The notes beneath the pieces are model-generated. The model worked only from the letters and a program-made list of their open reading frames with translations, was not told where the DNA came from and ran no database searches. 32,000 nt of DNA from Mycobacterium sp. Z3061 (GTDB lineage Bacteria; Actinomycetota; Actinomycetes; Mycobacteriales; Mycobacteriaceae). The number at the start of each line of letters is the position of its first letter. Within the stretch, counting starts at the first letter, position 1. The stretch spans positions 4,653,234 to 4,685,233 of the forward strand of contig NZ_CP134062.1 of assembly GCF_031583025.2 (NCBI RefSeq), written 5' to 3'. The position numbers were made by a program, and so were the translations under genes. Below, one piece after another: positions 19,981-28,441 of this stretch.

Positions 19981-21516
19981 ATGTCTTTCGTCTTGGTGTC
20001 TCCGGAACAGTTGATATCCGCAACGGCGAAGCTGCAGACCGTGGGGTCTGCCCTGCAGTCAATGAATATTTCGGCGGCGATTCCCACCGGGAACCTGGCG
20101 GCCGCCAGCGCCGACGAAATCTCCGAAGCGGTCGCGGCCTTCTTCGCCGAGCACGGCCAGCAGTATCAGCAAGCGGCCGAACAGTTTTCGGCGTCCTATG
20201 AGCAATTCCAGGTCAGGCTGCTGGAGACGGCGCGCGAGTACGCCGCAGCAGAGGCGGCACTCGCCAACTATCTGGCCTCCAACGTGTCCCACCTCATCAA
20301 CGACCCGGTCCTGCAGGCAACCGGGCGTCCCCTGTTCGGTGACGGCGCCAATGGGTACACCACCGCTCAGGGCGTGGGAACACCCGGTGGGGCCGGCGGT
20401 TGGTTGTTCGGCAACGGCGGCACCGGCGGCGTCAGCGTCCGGTACGGGGCGGCCGGGGGCGCAGGCGGCGCCGGCGGCTTATTGGTGGGCAACGGTGGCA
20501 CCGGGGGCCGTAATCTCTACGGCGGCATGCCCGGTGGCGCCGGTGGCTCCGCGGGCCTGATCGGCATCGGCGGCACGGGCGGGGCCAGTGGTCCCGGCGG
20601 CGTAGGTGGCGCGGGCGGTCGCGGCGGGCTGCTGGGGCAGCCCGGCACCGCTGGAATCAGCACGGCTCTCGGCCCCAATCAGACACTGATCTATCCCGGT
20701 CAGTACGGCAGCCCGATGCTGAATATCACGGTGGGTGGGGGACCGACGTCGCCCGTCATCGTCGATTCCGGCGCCTCTGGCCTGGTGGTGCCGCCGCACT
20801 ACGTCGACCTGGCCACTCTCGGCGCCCCGACCGGATCGGGCAGCGTCAGTTACGGCGGCTCGTTGTTGGTCAACTATCAGACGTATCAGACCACCCTGAA
20901 CTTCGGAAACGGCATCGTCACGGAACCAACCACCATCGGCGTCGCGACCTCGGCCACGTTGAGCGGAAGGGTGGTGGATCTGTCGACCCTGCCCGCCTAT
21001 CTCGGCGTGGGCCAGAACAACGATTATCCGTTCCCCGCTTCGGTGATCGATGCCCTACCCGGCAACTTGGACGATGGAGTGCTGGTCAACCTACCGCGCG
21101 GCACGATGCAGTTCGGCCCCAATCCGCTGCCGCCTTACGTCGGAATGGGCGGATCCCCGAGAACCGTTGTGCAAGTTCAGATTAACAATGAACTACCGCA
21201 GACCGTCGGCGCATTCATCGATACCGGGGGTGCACTCGGAGCCGTCCCGCAGTCACTGGTGCCGGGCCTCAACATCGGTAACCACCTGCCGGCGGGAACG
21301 GTGATCACCGTCTCCACGATCAATGGCGTGCCCCTCTACACGCAGACGGTCACAGCTGCCAACACCCCATTTGTTGTCGCGTCGGCGACGGGCCCCATGT
21401 ACGGTCCCGGATATTACGTGTTCAACACCGGCTCGTACCCATTCTCACTGTTGCCCGTCTATTTTGAGAACACCGCCGACGGAATAGGCAGGACGGTCGT
21501 CGTCCAGCAGATCTGA
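19981..21516 (+). CDS. PE family protein with a short PGRS linker and a C-terminal pepsin-like aspartic protease domain (PecA / PE_PGRS35 / PE_PGRS16 type)
   Basis: ATG 19981 gives MSFVLVSPEQL, the typical PE N-terminus; the ORF track starts at an upstream TTG at 19969. Other features are YxxxE (YAAAE), the GRPLFGDGANG linker, about 110 aa of GGxGG repeats, and two aspartic-protease signatures: VIVDSGASGLVVP (DSG at 20764-20772) and AFIDTGGALG (DTG at 21220-21228). Confidence 0.85.
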   Translation: MSFVLVSPEQLISATAKLQTVGSALQSMNISAAIPTGNLAAASADEISEAVAAFFAEHGQQYQQAAEQFSASYEQFQVRLLETAREYAAAEAALANYLASNVSHLINDPVLQATGRPLFGDGANGYTTAQGVGTPGGAGGWLFGNGGTGGVSVRYGAAGGAGGAGGLLVGNGGTGGRNLYGGMPGGAGGSAGLIGIGGTGGASGPGGVGGAGGRGGLLGQPGTAGISTALGPNQTLIYPGQYGSPMLNITVGGGPTSPVIVDSGASGLVVPPHYVDLATLGAPTGSGSVSYGGSLLVNYQTYQTTLNFGNGIVTEPTTIGVATSATLSGRVVDLSTLPAYLGVGQNNDYPFPASVIDALPGNLDDGVLVNLPRGTMQFGPNPLPPYVGMGGSPRTVVQVQINNELPQTVGAFIDTGGALGAVPQSLVPGLNIGNHLPAGTVITVSTINGVPLYTQTVTAANTPFVVASATGPMYGPGYYVFNTGSYPFSLLPVYFENTADGIGRTVVVQQI

Positions 21517-21526
21517 GCCCGCCGGG

Positions 21527-22357
21527 TCACTCGGCCAGTTGCAGGCAGACGGCCAGCGCCCCGTCTCCGACGTGCAGCGCGAGCACCGGGCCCAGCGGCG
21601 TCACGATCGCGGGTTCGCACTTGGGTAGCCGATCGGCCAACGCCGCGGCAACCTCCCGTGCGCCGTCGGGATTGGCGACATGGTGCACGGCCAGCGCGGC
21701 CTGACGATCGCCCACGATGTCGCACACCTGGTCGACCATTGCCGCGATGGCGCCCTTGGATGTCCGGATTCGTTGCGCCAGAACCAGTTTCCCGTCATCG
21801 ATGTGCAGGAGCGGCTTCAGCGCCAGCGCGGTGCCCAACCACGCCTTGGCGCCGCCGATCCGGCCGCTGCGGCGCAGGTTGTCCAGGCGGTGCACCACCA
21901 TGTAGGCGTGGGTGCGGCGCACCGCGGCCGCCGCGGCCCCGGCGACGGCGTCCAGATCGGCACCCTGCGCAGCCAACTGAGCGGCGGCCAACGCGATGAA
22001 GCCGGCACCCATTGCCGTCGACCGGGAGTCGACCACCCGCACCGAGCGCCCGAACTCCTCGGCGGCCAGTTCGGCGGCGCGGTAGGTCCCGGACAGACCG
22101 GACGAAATGTGCACGGCGACAACCCCGTCCCCGCCGCTCTCGGTCAAGGCCTGGCGATAGGCGGTGCACAGCTCGGCCGGGGTGGCGGCCGCGGTGGTGG
22201 CGTGACGCTTGTGGATGTCGTCGGGAACGTTGTCCACACCGTCGCGCAGGTCCGCCCCGTCGAGCAGGATATGCAGCGGCACTTCACGAATCCCCCACTG
22301 GTCCCGCACGGCGGCCGGTAGGCGCGACGAGCTGTCCGTGACGACCTGGACGGTCAC
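21527..22357 (-). CDS. DegV-family fatty-acid-binding protein
   Basis: The product begins VQVVTDSSSRLP and contains TTAAATPAELCTAYRQAL and VHISSGLSGTYRAAELAA, the typical DegV pattern. I prefer the GTG start at 22357, 2 nt after the upstream stop, over the 341-aa ORF-track start, whose Arg-rich extension overlaps the upstream gene. Position matches Rv2417c by remembered synteny. Confidence 0.85.
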   Translation of the reverse strand: MTVQVVTDSSSRLPAAVRDQWGIREVPLHILLDGADLRDGVDNVPDDIHKRHATTAAATPAELCTAYRQALTESGGDGVVAVHISSGLSGTYRAAELAAEEFGRSVRVVDSRSTAMGAGFIALAAAQLAAQGADLDAVAGAAAAAVRRTHAYMVVHRLDNLRRSGRIGGAKAWLGTALALKPLLHIDDGKLVLAQRIRTSKGAIAAMVDQVCDIVGDRQAALAVHHVANPDGAREVAAALADRLPKCEPAIVTPLGPVLALHVGDGALAVCLQLAE

Positions 22358-22359
22358 CG

Positions 22360-23115
22360 TCAGCGCGATTTCTCGGGAGAAACTGTGCTGGTCTGCAAGA
22401 CCTCGGCGAGCGCCTTGAGCATCAGTTCGGCGACGCGCTGATGCGCCTCGAAGTTCCAGTGGATCCCGTCCGGGTTGCCCCGCCCACTCATGATCTCTTC
22501 GGCGACAGCCTCTTTGAGATCGACCAGCGGAATCTGCTGCTCGTCGGCCCACTGCGTGATCGCGGCGACGGTGCCTTCGCGCCCGTGGTGCGCCCTGCCG
22601 TAGGTCTCGGCGGTGTGCACCGACGGCAATGACGCCACGATCGGGATTCCCGGACGATTGAAATCAATTGCGCCGCGCGTCTTTTCCAGGTAGTAGGCGG
22701 TGAGTTGCGGCGGCAGTGCCGACCTGGCCACCGGTGAGAGCCGGGGCTGCAACCAGCCATAGCCCTGGCGCACCCAGCGCCGCAACAACGGGGGCCGGAC
22801 ATAGCGGATCAGCTCACGCACGGCGGTGGGCCACACCGACGGCAGTGAATCCATGCCACTGGTGGCGAAGATCACCGCGCCGGCTTTGGGCAGGGCCGCC
22901 CAGGCGCGCGGGTCCTGCGTGGCCGCCCACCACACGTCACGACAGGTCCAGCCGATGCGGCCGATCAACTCCACATCCCAACCAATTTGCGCGGCAACGA
23001 TATTGGGCCAGATTCGCGGGTCGTCGGCAGGCAGACCGCCGGTCGGGCCGTAGTAGGACAGTGAGTCGGCAAAGATCAGAAGGGTGGGTCTGGCCCCCGA
23101 ATCAGAGAACGTCAT
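22360..23115 (-). CDS. octT: SGNH/GDSL-type hydrolase-fold acyltransferase, OctT-like (diglucosylglycerate octanoyltransferase, Rv2418c-like)
   Basis: Block I is [13 protein letters not shown] (Ser nucleophile) and block V is NPDGIHWN (DxxH). The gene sits between the gpgP-like and degV-like genes, as in M. tuberculosis. The start is taken at ATG 23115 (MTFSDSG...), which overlaps the upstream stop by 14 nt. The symbol is assigned from synteny and family, not from a search. Confidence 0.7.
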   Translation of the reverse strand: MTFSDSGARPTLLIFADSLSYYGPTGGLPADDPRIWPNIVAAQIGWDVELIGRIGWTCRDVWWAATQDPRAWAALPKAGAVIFATSGMDSLPSVWPTAVRELIRYVRPPLLRRWVRQGYGWLQPRLSPVARSALPPQLTAYYLEKTRGAIDFNRPGIPIVASLPSVHTAETYGRAHHGREGTVAAITQWADEQQIPLVDLKEAVAEEIMSGRGNPDGIHWNFEAHQRVAELMLKALAEVLQTSTVSPEKSR

Positions 23116-23773
23116 TGGACACCTGCGCCGAAGCGTTCCACACGTCCAGTCGCCACCGGATGTCCTCAAATCCAGCGGCATCCTCGGAGTGACCGCTCAG
23201 CTGGACCCAACTGCAGTTGCCCATACCTCCCAGGATCGGCCAGTTGGCGACCGGAATCTTCAACAGCGCAGCCGAAAGCGCGGCGATCAGACCGCCGTGG
23301 GCCACCAGCACGATCGGCCGCTCGGGCTCGCCCGCGCCGCCCCACTCCGGTGCGGCGGCAACCAGTTCCGCCACCAGCGGCACGCTCCGGGCGGCCACGT
23401 CGACGCGACTTTCCCCGCCGTGCGGGGCCCATCCGGCGTTCTCGCGCCAGGCCAACCGGGCACCGGGGACCTCTGCGTCGATCTGGGTGTGAGTCATGCC
23501 CTGCCAGTCGCCCAGATGGGTCTCGCGCAGCCGGGGGTCCACCTGGACAGCCAGGCCGGTCTGCTCCCCCAGCTTGGTCGCCGTGTCGAAGGCACGGCGT
23601 AGGTCCGAGGACACGATCAGCAACGGTTGGACTTTGCCCAGCACCTCGGCGGCGGCGACGGCTTGGGCGCGGCCCAGTTCACTCAGGTCCGTGTCGAGCT
23701 GGCCCTGCATCCGGCTGCCGAGGTTGTAGTCGGTCTGCCCGTGTCGCAGCATCACCAGGCGGCGCGCCCTCAT
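23102..23773 (-). CDS. gpgP: Histidine phosphatase superfamily protein, GpgP-like (glucosyl-3-phosphoglycerate phosphatase, Rv2419c-like)
   Basis: The N-terminus [17 protein letters not shown] contains the RHG catalytic motif, and a later LVAHGG supplies the second His. The ATG at 23773 overlaps the rsfS stop (ATGA) and gives 223 aa, the size I recall for Rv2419c. Confidence 0.75.
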   Translation of the reverse strand: MRARRLVMLRHGQTDYNLGSRMQGQLDTDLSELGRAQAVAAAEVLGKVQPLLIVSSDLRRAFDTATKLGEQTGLAVQVDPRLRETHLGDWQGMTHTQIDAEVPGARLAWRENAGWAPHGGESRVDVAARSVPLVAELVAAAPEWGGAGEPERPIVLVAHGGLIAALSAALLKIPVANWPILGGMGNCSWVQLSGHSEDAAGFEDIRWRLDVWNASAQVSNDVL

Positions 23774-24153
23774 TCCGACGCCCCGTCCCGATGGTCCCCG
23801 AGGTCGACGGGCACCAGGGGGCAGTCGCCCCACAACCGGTCGAGGGCGTAGAAATTGCGGTCGTCCTGGTGCTGGATGTGTACGACGATGTCGCGGTAAT
23901 CCAGCAGGGTCCAGCGGCCCTCACGGGCACCTTCACGTCGGGCAGGTTTGTAGCCGGCCCGGCGCATCTTCTCCTCGACCTCGTCGACGATGGCGTTGAC
24001 CTGCCGTTCGTTGGACGCCGAGGCGATGACGAAGCAGTCGGTGATGACGAGTTGGCCGGACACGTCGATGACGAGCACGTCGTCGGCCAGTTTCGATGCC
24101 GCGGCGGCGGCGGCCACCGTGGCCATGTCGATCGCTTCTTGATTTGCGCTCAT
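23770..24153 (-). CDS. rsfS: Ribosome silencing factor RsfS
   Basis: The product reads [64 protein letters not shown]...[28 protein letters not shown], the classic RsfS/iojap pattern. The ATG at 24153 overlaps the nadD stop (ATGA). Confidence 0.88.
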   Translation of the reverse strand: MSANQEAIDMATVAAAAAASKLADDVLVIDVSGQLVITDCFVIASASNERQVNAIVDEVEEKMRRAGYKPARREGAREGRWTLLDYRDIVVHIQHQDDRNFYALDRLWGDCPLVPVDLGDHRDGASE

Positions 24154-24815
24154 GTGTTGTTCCCGGCGGCCACGCTGGGGGCGGCCGGGTTCTCGCTCCT
24201 CTCGGGGGTGCGGTAAAGGCGTCGTTTGGAGACGTATTGCACGACGCCGTCGGGCATCAGGTACCACAGCGGTCTGCGTTCCAGGGCGCGTTGCCGGCAG
24301 TCGGTCGAGGAGATCGCCAGCGCGGGAATCTCCACGAGCGTCAACGCCTCGCGGGGCAGCTCACCCAGAACTTCGGTGATGTGGTCGTGGCGCAGCTCGT
24401 AGCCGGGCCTGCTGACACCTATGAAACGCGCCAGCTCGAACATCTCTTCCCAGCCCTGCCAGGTGAGGATGGACGCCAGCGCGTCGGCGCCGGTGATGAA
24501 GTAGAGCTCGGAGTCCGCGTTGAGGGTCCGCAGATCCCGCAGCGTGTCCTTGGTGTACGTGGGGCCGCCGCGGTCGATGTCGACGCGGCTGACCGAGAAA
24601 CGCGGGTTGGACGCGGTGGCGATCACGGTCATCAGGTACCGGTCCTCGGCGGCAGACACCTGGCGGTCCTTCTGCCACGGTTGTCCGCTGGGGACGAAGA
24701 CGACTTCGTCGAGTGAGAACTTGTTTGCGACCTCACTGGCAGCAACCAGGTGGCCGTAATGGATGGGATCGAATGTCCCACCCATCACCCCCAGCCTGCG
24801 CAGCTGCTTTTGCAT
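24150..24815 (-). CDS. nadD: Nicotinate-nucleotide adenylyltransferase NadD
   Basis: [15 protein letters not shown] carries the (H/T)xGH nucleotidyltransferase motif, and ISSTDCR carries the ISST motif. 221 aa. Confidence 0.93.
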   Translation of the reverse strand: MQKQLRRLGVMGGTFDPIHYGHLVAASEVANKFSLDEVVFVPSGQPWQKDRQVSAAEDRYLMTVIATASNPRFSVSRVDIDRGGPTYTKDTLRDLRTLNADSELYFITGADALASILTWQGWEEMFELARFIGVSRPGYELRHDHITEVLGELPREALTLVEIPALAISSTDCRQRALERRPLWYLMPDGVVQYVSKRRLYRTPERSENPAAPSVAAGNNT

Positions 24816-24966
24816 GGTTTGCCAGCTTACTGGAGCCTGCGATCAGGCATTACCTGGCGCGGAGCGGGTAGAGCCCGGCGGCGGCGCCCGGCAAATTCTT
24901 CAAAGAATCTGATGGCCTGGCCTCAAGGCCTTACACCAGCGCGGACGATGGTGTAGAAGGAGTGCT

Positions 24967-26013
24967 GTGGAAAATTCGCTGCCGGCGGCCGTAGATCAGC
25001 AACAAGAGTGGAAAGACGCCATGACCCGGCGGTTCTACAGCCGGTCAGTGGTCAGCGGCGAGATTTCGCTGCCGGCGGTGCCGAGCCTGCTCGACGAGTA
25101 CGTGGAGATGTGCAGCCGCATCTTCGCCGGGGTGGGCAGGCAGTTCAACGACGAGGAACTCGCCCACCTGCGGACCGTGCTGCAGAATCAGCTGGCCGAG
25201 GCTTACTCGATCTCGCAACGCTCCAACATCGTGGTCAGCTATAACGCACCGGTCGGCCCGACCTTGCACTACCAGGTCAACGCCCGGTGGTTCACCGTCG
25301 CCGAAGCCTACGAGAATTGGATCAGCACCCGGGAACCACCGCTGTTCGGCACCGAGCCCGACGCCCGGGTGTGGGCGCTGGCCAACGAAGCAGCCGATGC
25401 CCGCACGCATCCGGTGCTCGACATCGGCGCTGGGACCGGGCGCAACGCGCTTCCCCTGGGACGCCGCGGACACCCCGTCGACGTGGTGGAGTTGACGCCG
25501 AAGTTCGCCGAGATCATCCGGTCGCAGGCCCGGGCCGAGGGTCTCGACGTGCGCGTGATCGTGCGCAACGTTTTCGAGACGACCGACGATCTGCGCCAGG
25601 ACTACCAGTTGATCCTGCTGTCGGAGGTGGTGCCCGACTTCCGGTCGACACAGCAGCTGCGCAGGCTGTTCGAACTCGCCGCGGCCTGCCTGGCACCCGG
25701 CGGACAGTTGGTGTTCAACACCTTCCTCCCGCGCTACGGTTACGAAATCGACGACGCAGCACGCGAATTCGGCCAGCAAGCGTACACAGGCATGTTTTCC
25801 CGGCAGGAGCTGTCGACCGCCTCCGAGGGGCTGCCTCTCGAGTTGGTCGCCGACGACTCGGTGTACGAATACGAGCAGGCGAACCTGCCGACCGGCGCCT
25901 GGCCGCCCACCAGTTGGTACGCCGACTGGGTCAGTGGCCTCGACGTGTTTCCCGTCGAACGGGACAAGAGCCCGATCGAGATGCGCTGGCTGGTATTCCG
26001 CAAGACCCACTGA
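24967..26013 (+). CDS. Class I SAM-dependent methyltransferase (TehB-like catalytic domain) with an uncharacterised N-terminal region of about 130 aa
   Basis: Motif I is VLDIGAGTGRNALPLGRRGHPVDVVELTP, followed by LILLSEVVPDF and LAPGGQLVFNTF. The start is uncertain: GTG 24967 or ATG 25021. Confidence 0.7.
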   Translation: MENSLPAAVDQQQEWKDAMTRRFYSRSVVSGEISLPAVPSLLDEYVEMCSRIFAGVGRQFNDEELAHLRTVLQNQLAEAYSISQRSNIVVSYNAPVGPTLHYQVNARWFTVAEAYENWISTREPPLFGTEPDARVWALANEAADARTHPVLDIGAGTGRNALPLGRRGHPVDVVELTPKFAEIIRSQARAEGLDVRVIVRNVFETTDDLRQDYQLILLSEVVPDFRSTQQLRRLFELAAACLAPGGQLVFNTFLPRYGYEIDDAAREFGQQAYTGMFSRQELSTASEGLPLELVADDSVYEYEQANLPTGAWPPTSWYADWVSGLDVFPVERDKSPIEMRWLVFRKTH

Positions 26014-26030
26014 CAGCGCGCCCCCCCTCG

Positions 26031-26090
26031 CCGAGCAGACGCAAAAACCCCTAAATTCGGCACGAATTAGGGGTTTTTGCGTCTGCTCGG
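26031..26090. terminator. Bidirectional intrinsic-terminator-like hairpin between convergent genes (perfect 24-bp stem, 12-nt loop)
   Basis: ccgagcagacgcaaaaacccctaa (26031-26054) is the exact reverse complement of ttaggggtttttgcgtctgctcgg (26067-26090). The loop is attcggcacgaa. The hairpin lies 18 nt after the methyltransferase stop and 10 nt after the VWA gene stop on the other strand. Confidence 0.7.
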
Positions 26091-26100
26091 CCGGGGAACG

Positions 26101-27543
26101 CTACACCGGCAGCAGCGCGTCGATCACCGAGGCCAGCTGTTTGGCCGACCGGCACTCGTGCATCGTGATGACTTCCTCGTACCGCGGCACAGCCGAATCG
26201 CCGCTCCCCCACAGGTGTCTGGGCTCCGGGTTGAGCCAGTGCGCGTGGCGGGCGGCGTTGACCATGTCGGCGAGCACGTCGACGGCCGGGTTGCGGTAGT
26301 TGGTGCGCCCGTCCCCGAGCACCAGCAGGGAGCTGCGCGGCGACAACACGTTCGGGTTCGCCTGCACGAACGAGACGAACGCGTTGCCGTAGTCGGAATG
26401 GCCGTCGCGCGCATACACGCCGGCCTCCCGCGTGATCCGCTGGATCGCCACCGCGAGGTCGGCCTCCGGCCCGAACATGTGCGTCACCTCGTCGGTGGTG
26501 TCGATGAACGCGAAAACGCGGACGCGGGAAAACTGTTGGCGCAGAGCGTGAACCAGTAGCAGAGTGAAATGACTGAACCCGGCGACGGACCCCGACACGT
26601 CGCACAGCACCACCAGTTCCGGCCGCGCCGGACGCGGCTTCTTCAACACGACGTCGATCGGCACGCCACCGGTGGACATCGACTTGCGCAGGGTCTTGCG
26701 CAGGTCGATCGAACCGGCCCGGGACCGCCGCCGGCGGGCCGCGAGCCGGGTCGCCAGCGTGCGGGCCAACGGCGCCACCACCCGGCGCATCTGCCGAAGC
26801 TGCTCACCGGAGGCGCGCAGAAACTCCACATTCTCGGAAAGCTGTGGGATTCCGTACATCTGCACGTGTTCGCGGCCGAGCTGCTCGGCGGTGCGGCGCT
26901 TGGTCTCCGCGTCGACCATCTTCCGCAGCTGCGAGATCTTTTGCGCAGCAATCGCTTTGGCGATCTGCTCCTGACTGGGCGTGGGCTCGTCGCCATACGG
27001 GGCCAGCAGTCCCGCCAGCAGCTTGCCTTCGAGTTCGTCCAGCGCCATCGCCTTGAGCGCCTGGTATGACGAGAACGACGGGCCGCGAGAGGAGTTGTAC
27101 TTGCCGTAGGCCTCCACGATCCGGGCGATCATCCGGACCAGCCGCTCGTCCATGTCAGCCAGGTCCGGGTTGTCGGCCAGCAGGTCGAGCAGCATCTGCC
27201 GCATCGCCTCGACGTCGTCGGGCGGCAAACCTTCGGGATCCCCGGCGGCGTCTGCGTCGGCGACGACGGCCCGGGCCCCCAACGCCGCGGGGAACCACAG
27301 GTCGAACATGGCGTCGTAGGTGTCGCGGTGATCGGGCCGGCGCAGCACCGCGCACGCGAGACCTTCGCGCAGCACCATGCGGTCCTCCAGGCCCAGCGTC
27401 GCCATCACCCGGCCGGCATCCACCGTCTCCGACGGCCCCACCGAAATCCCGCTTCCCCGAAGCGCTTCCACGAACCCGACCAGATGCCCGGGCAACCCGT
27501 GCGGCGCGAGCGGCCGGGACGGGCGGATGCGTCGGGAGGCCAT
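26101..27543 (-). CDS. VWA domain-containing protein (CoxE-like; partner of the MoxR ATPase)
   Basis: The C-terminal VWA domain has the MIDAS motif VVLCDVSGSVAGFS. The N-terminal region is CoxE-like. The ATG overlaps the upstream MoxR stop by 1 nt (TGATG at 27541-27545). Confidence 0.85.
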   Translation of the reverse strand: MASRRIRPSRPLAPHGLPGHLVGFVEALRGSGISVGPSETVDAGRVMATLGLEDRMVLREGLACAVLRRPDHRDTYDAMFDLWFPAALGARAVVADADAAGDPEGLPPDDVEAMRQMLLDLLADNPDLADMDERLVRMIARIVEAYGKYNSSRGPSFSSYQALKAMALDELEGKLLAGLLAPYGDEPTPSQEQIAKAIAAQKISQLRKMVDAETKRRTAEQLGREHVQMYGIPQLSENVEFLRASGEQLRQMRRVVAPLARTLATRLAARRRRSRAGSIDLRKTLRKSMSTGGVPIDVVLKKPRPARPELVVLCDVSGSVAGFSHFTLLLVHALRQQFSRVRVFAFIDTTDEVTHMFGPEADLAVAIQRITREAGVYARDGHSDYGNAFVSFVQANPNVLSPRSSLLVLGDGRTNYRNPAVDVLADMVNAARHAHWLNPEPRHLWGSGDSAVPRYEEVITMHECRSAKQLASVIDALLPV

Positions 27544-28418
27544 CAGTTGAGCCTTAACTCGCCGGTCGCGCGTTGCTGATCGGACTGGTGTTTGAGCACC
27601 ACGCCCAGTGTGGCCGCGACCACGGCGTCGTCGATGGTGTCCATGCCCAGCGCCAGCAGCGTCCGTCCCCAGTCGATGGTCTCGGCGATCGACGGCACCT
27701 TCTTGAGCTGCATGCCGCGCAGCACACCGATGATGCGCACCAGCTCCTCGGCCAGGTGTTCGGGCAGTTCGGGCACGCGCGAGAGCAGGATGCGCCGTTC
27801 CAGCTCGGGAGTCGGGAAGTCGATGTGCAGGAACAGGCAGCGCCGTTTGAGGGCTTCGGACAGCTCGCGGGTGGCGTTGGAGGTCAGCACGACCAGCGGT
27901 GTCCGGGTGGCGGTGATGGTGCCCAGTTCCGGGACGGTCACCGCGAAGTCGGAGAGCACCTCCAGCAGCAGGCCTTCGATCTCAATATCGGCCTTGTCGG
28001 TCTCGTCGATCAGCAGCACGGTCGGCTCGGTGCGCCGGATCGCGGTCAGCAACGGACGCTGCAGCAGGAATTCCTCGCTGAACACGTCATCCTTGGTCGA
28101 CTGCCAGTCACCGGAGCCGGCCTGGATACGAAGGATCTGCTTGGCGTGATTCCACTCGTAGAGGGCCCGGGCCTCGTCGACGCCCTCGTAGCACTGCAAC
28201 CGGACCAGGCCGGACCCGGTCGCCTGGGCGACGGCGCGGGCGAGTTCGGTCTTGCCGACACCCGCGGGGCCCTCCACCAGCAGCGGCTTGCCCAGCCGGT
28301 CGGCGAGGAAGACAGCGGTCGCGGTGGCGGTGTCGGGCAGGTAACCCGTTTCAGCGAGCCGGCGCGAAACGTCGGCGATGTCGGCGAACAGCGGCACGGG
28401 CCGTGCGGGCACGCTCAT
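27543..28418 (-). CDS. MoxR-family (CoxD-like) AAA+ ATPase
   Basis: Walker A is LLVEGPAGVGKTELARAV and Walker B is VLLIDETDKA. 291 aa. A strong Shine-Dalgarno sequence (AAGGAG) lies 5 nt upstream of the ATG. Confidence 0.9.
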   Translation of the reverse strand: MSVPARPVPLFADIADVSRRLAETGYLPDTATATAVFLADRLGKPLLVEGPAGVGKTELARAVAQATGSGLVRLQCYEGVDEARALYEWNHAKQILRIQAGSGDWQSTKDDVFSEEFLLQRPLLTAIRRTEPTVLLIDETDKADIEIEGLLLEVLSDFAVTVPELGTITATRTPLVVLTSNATRELSEALKRRCLFLHIDFPTPELERRILLSRVPELPEHLAEELVRIIGVLRGMQLKKVPSIAETIDWGRTLLALGMDTIDDAVVAATLGVVLKHQSDQQRATGELRLN

Positions 28419-28441
28419 AGGGCTCCTTTTGATTGAGGAAA

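Noticed and set aside
7954-21526. Classical mobile genomic island or prophage interpretation of the pe/ppe block
   Set aside because: I detected no integrase, transposase, tRNA attachment site, terminal inverted repeats or flanking direct repeats by eye.
21527-24267. N-terminal extensions proposed by the ORF track for degV (to 22552), octT (to 23181), gpgP (to 23833) and rsfS (to 24267), and for the hydrolase (2131) and PE-protease (19969)
   Set aside because: The extensions are Arg/Pro-rich and overlap the upstream gene extensively. Internal starts give ATGA or near-abutting junctions, family-typical N-termini (RHGQT, MSFV..., signal peptide) and the sizes I recall for the M. tuberculosis homologues.
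24750-24956. 68-aa ORF in the nadD/methyltransferase spacer, at the position where M. tuberculosis has a small hypothetical gene as I recall
   Set aside because: It overlaps the nadD 5' end, has no RBS or recognisable motif, and is Arg/Trp/Pro-rich. The evidence is insufficient to call a gene.
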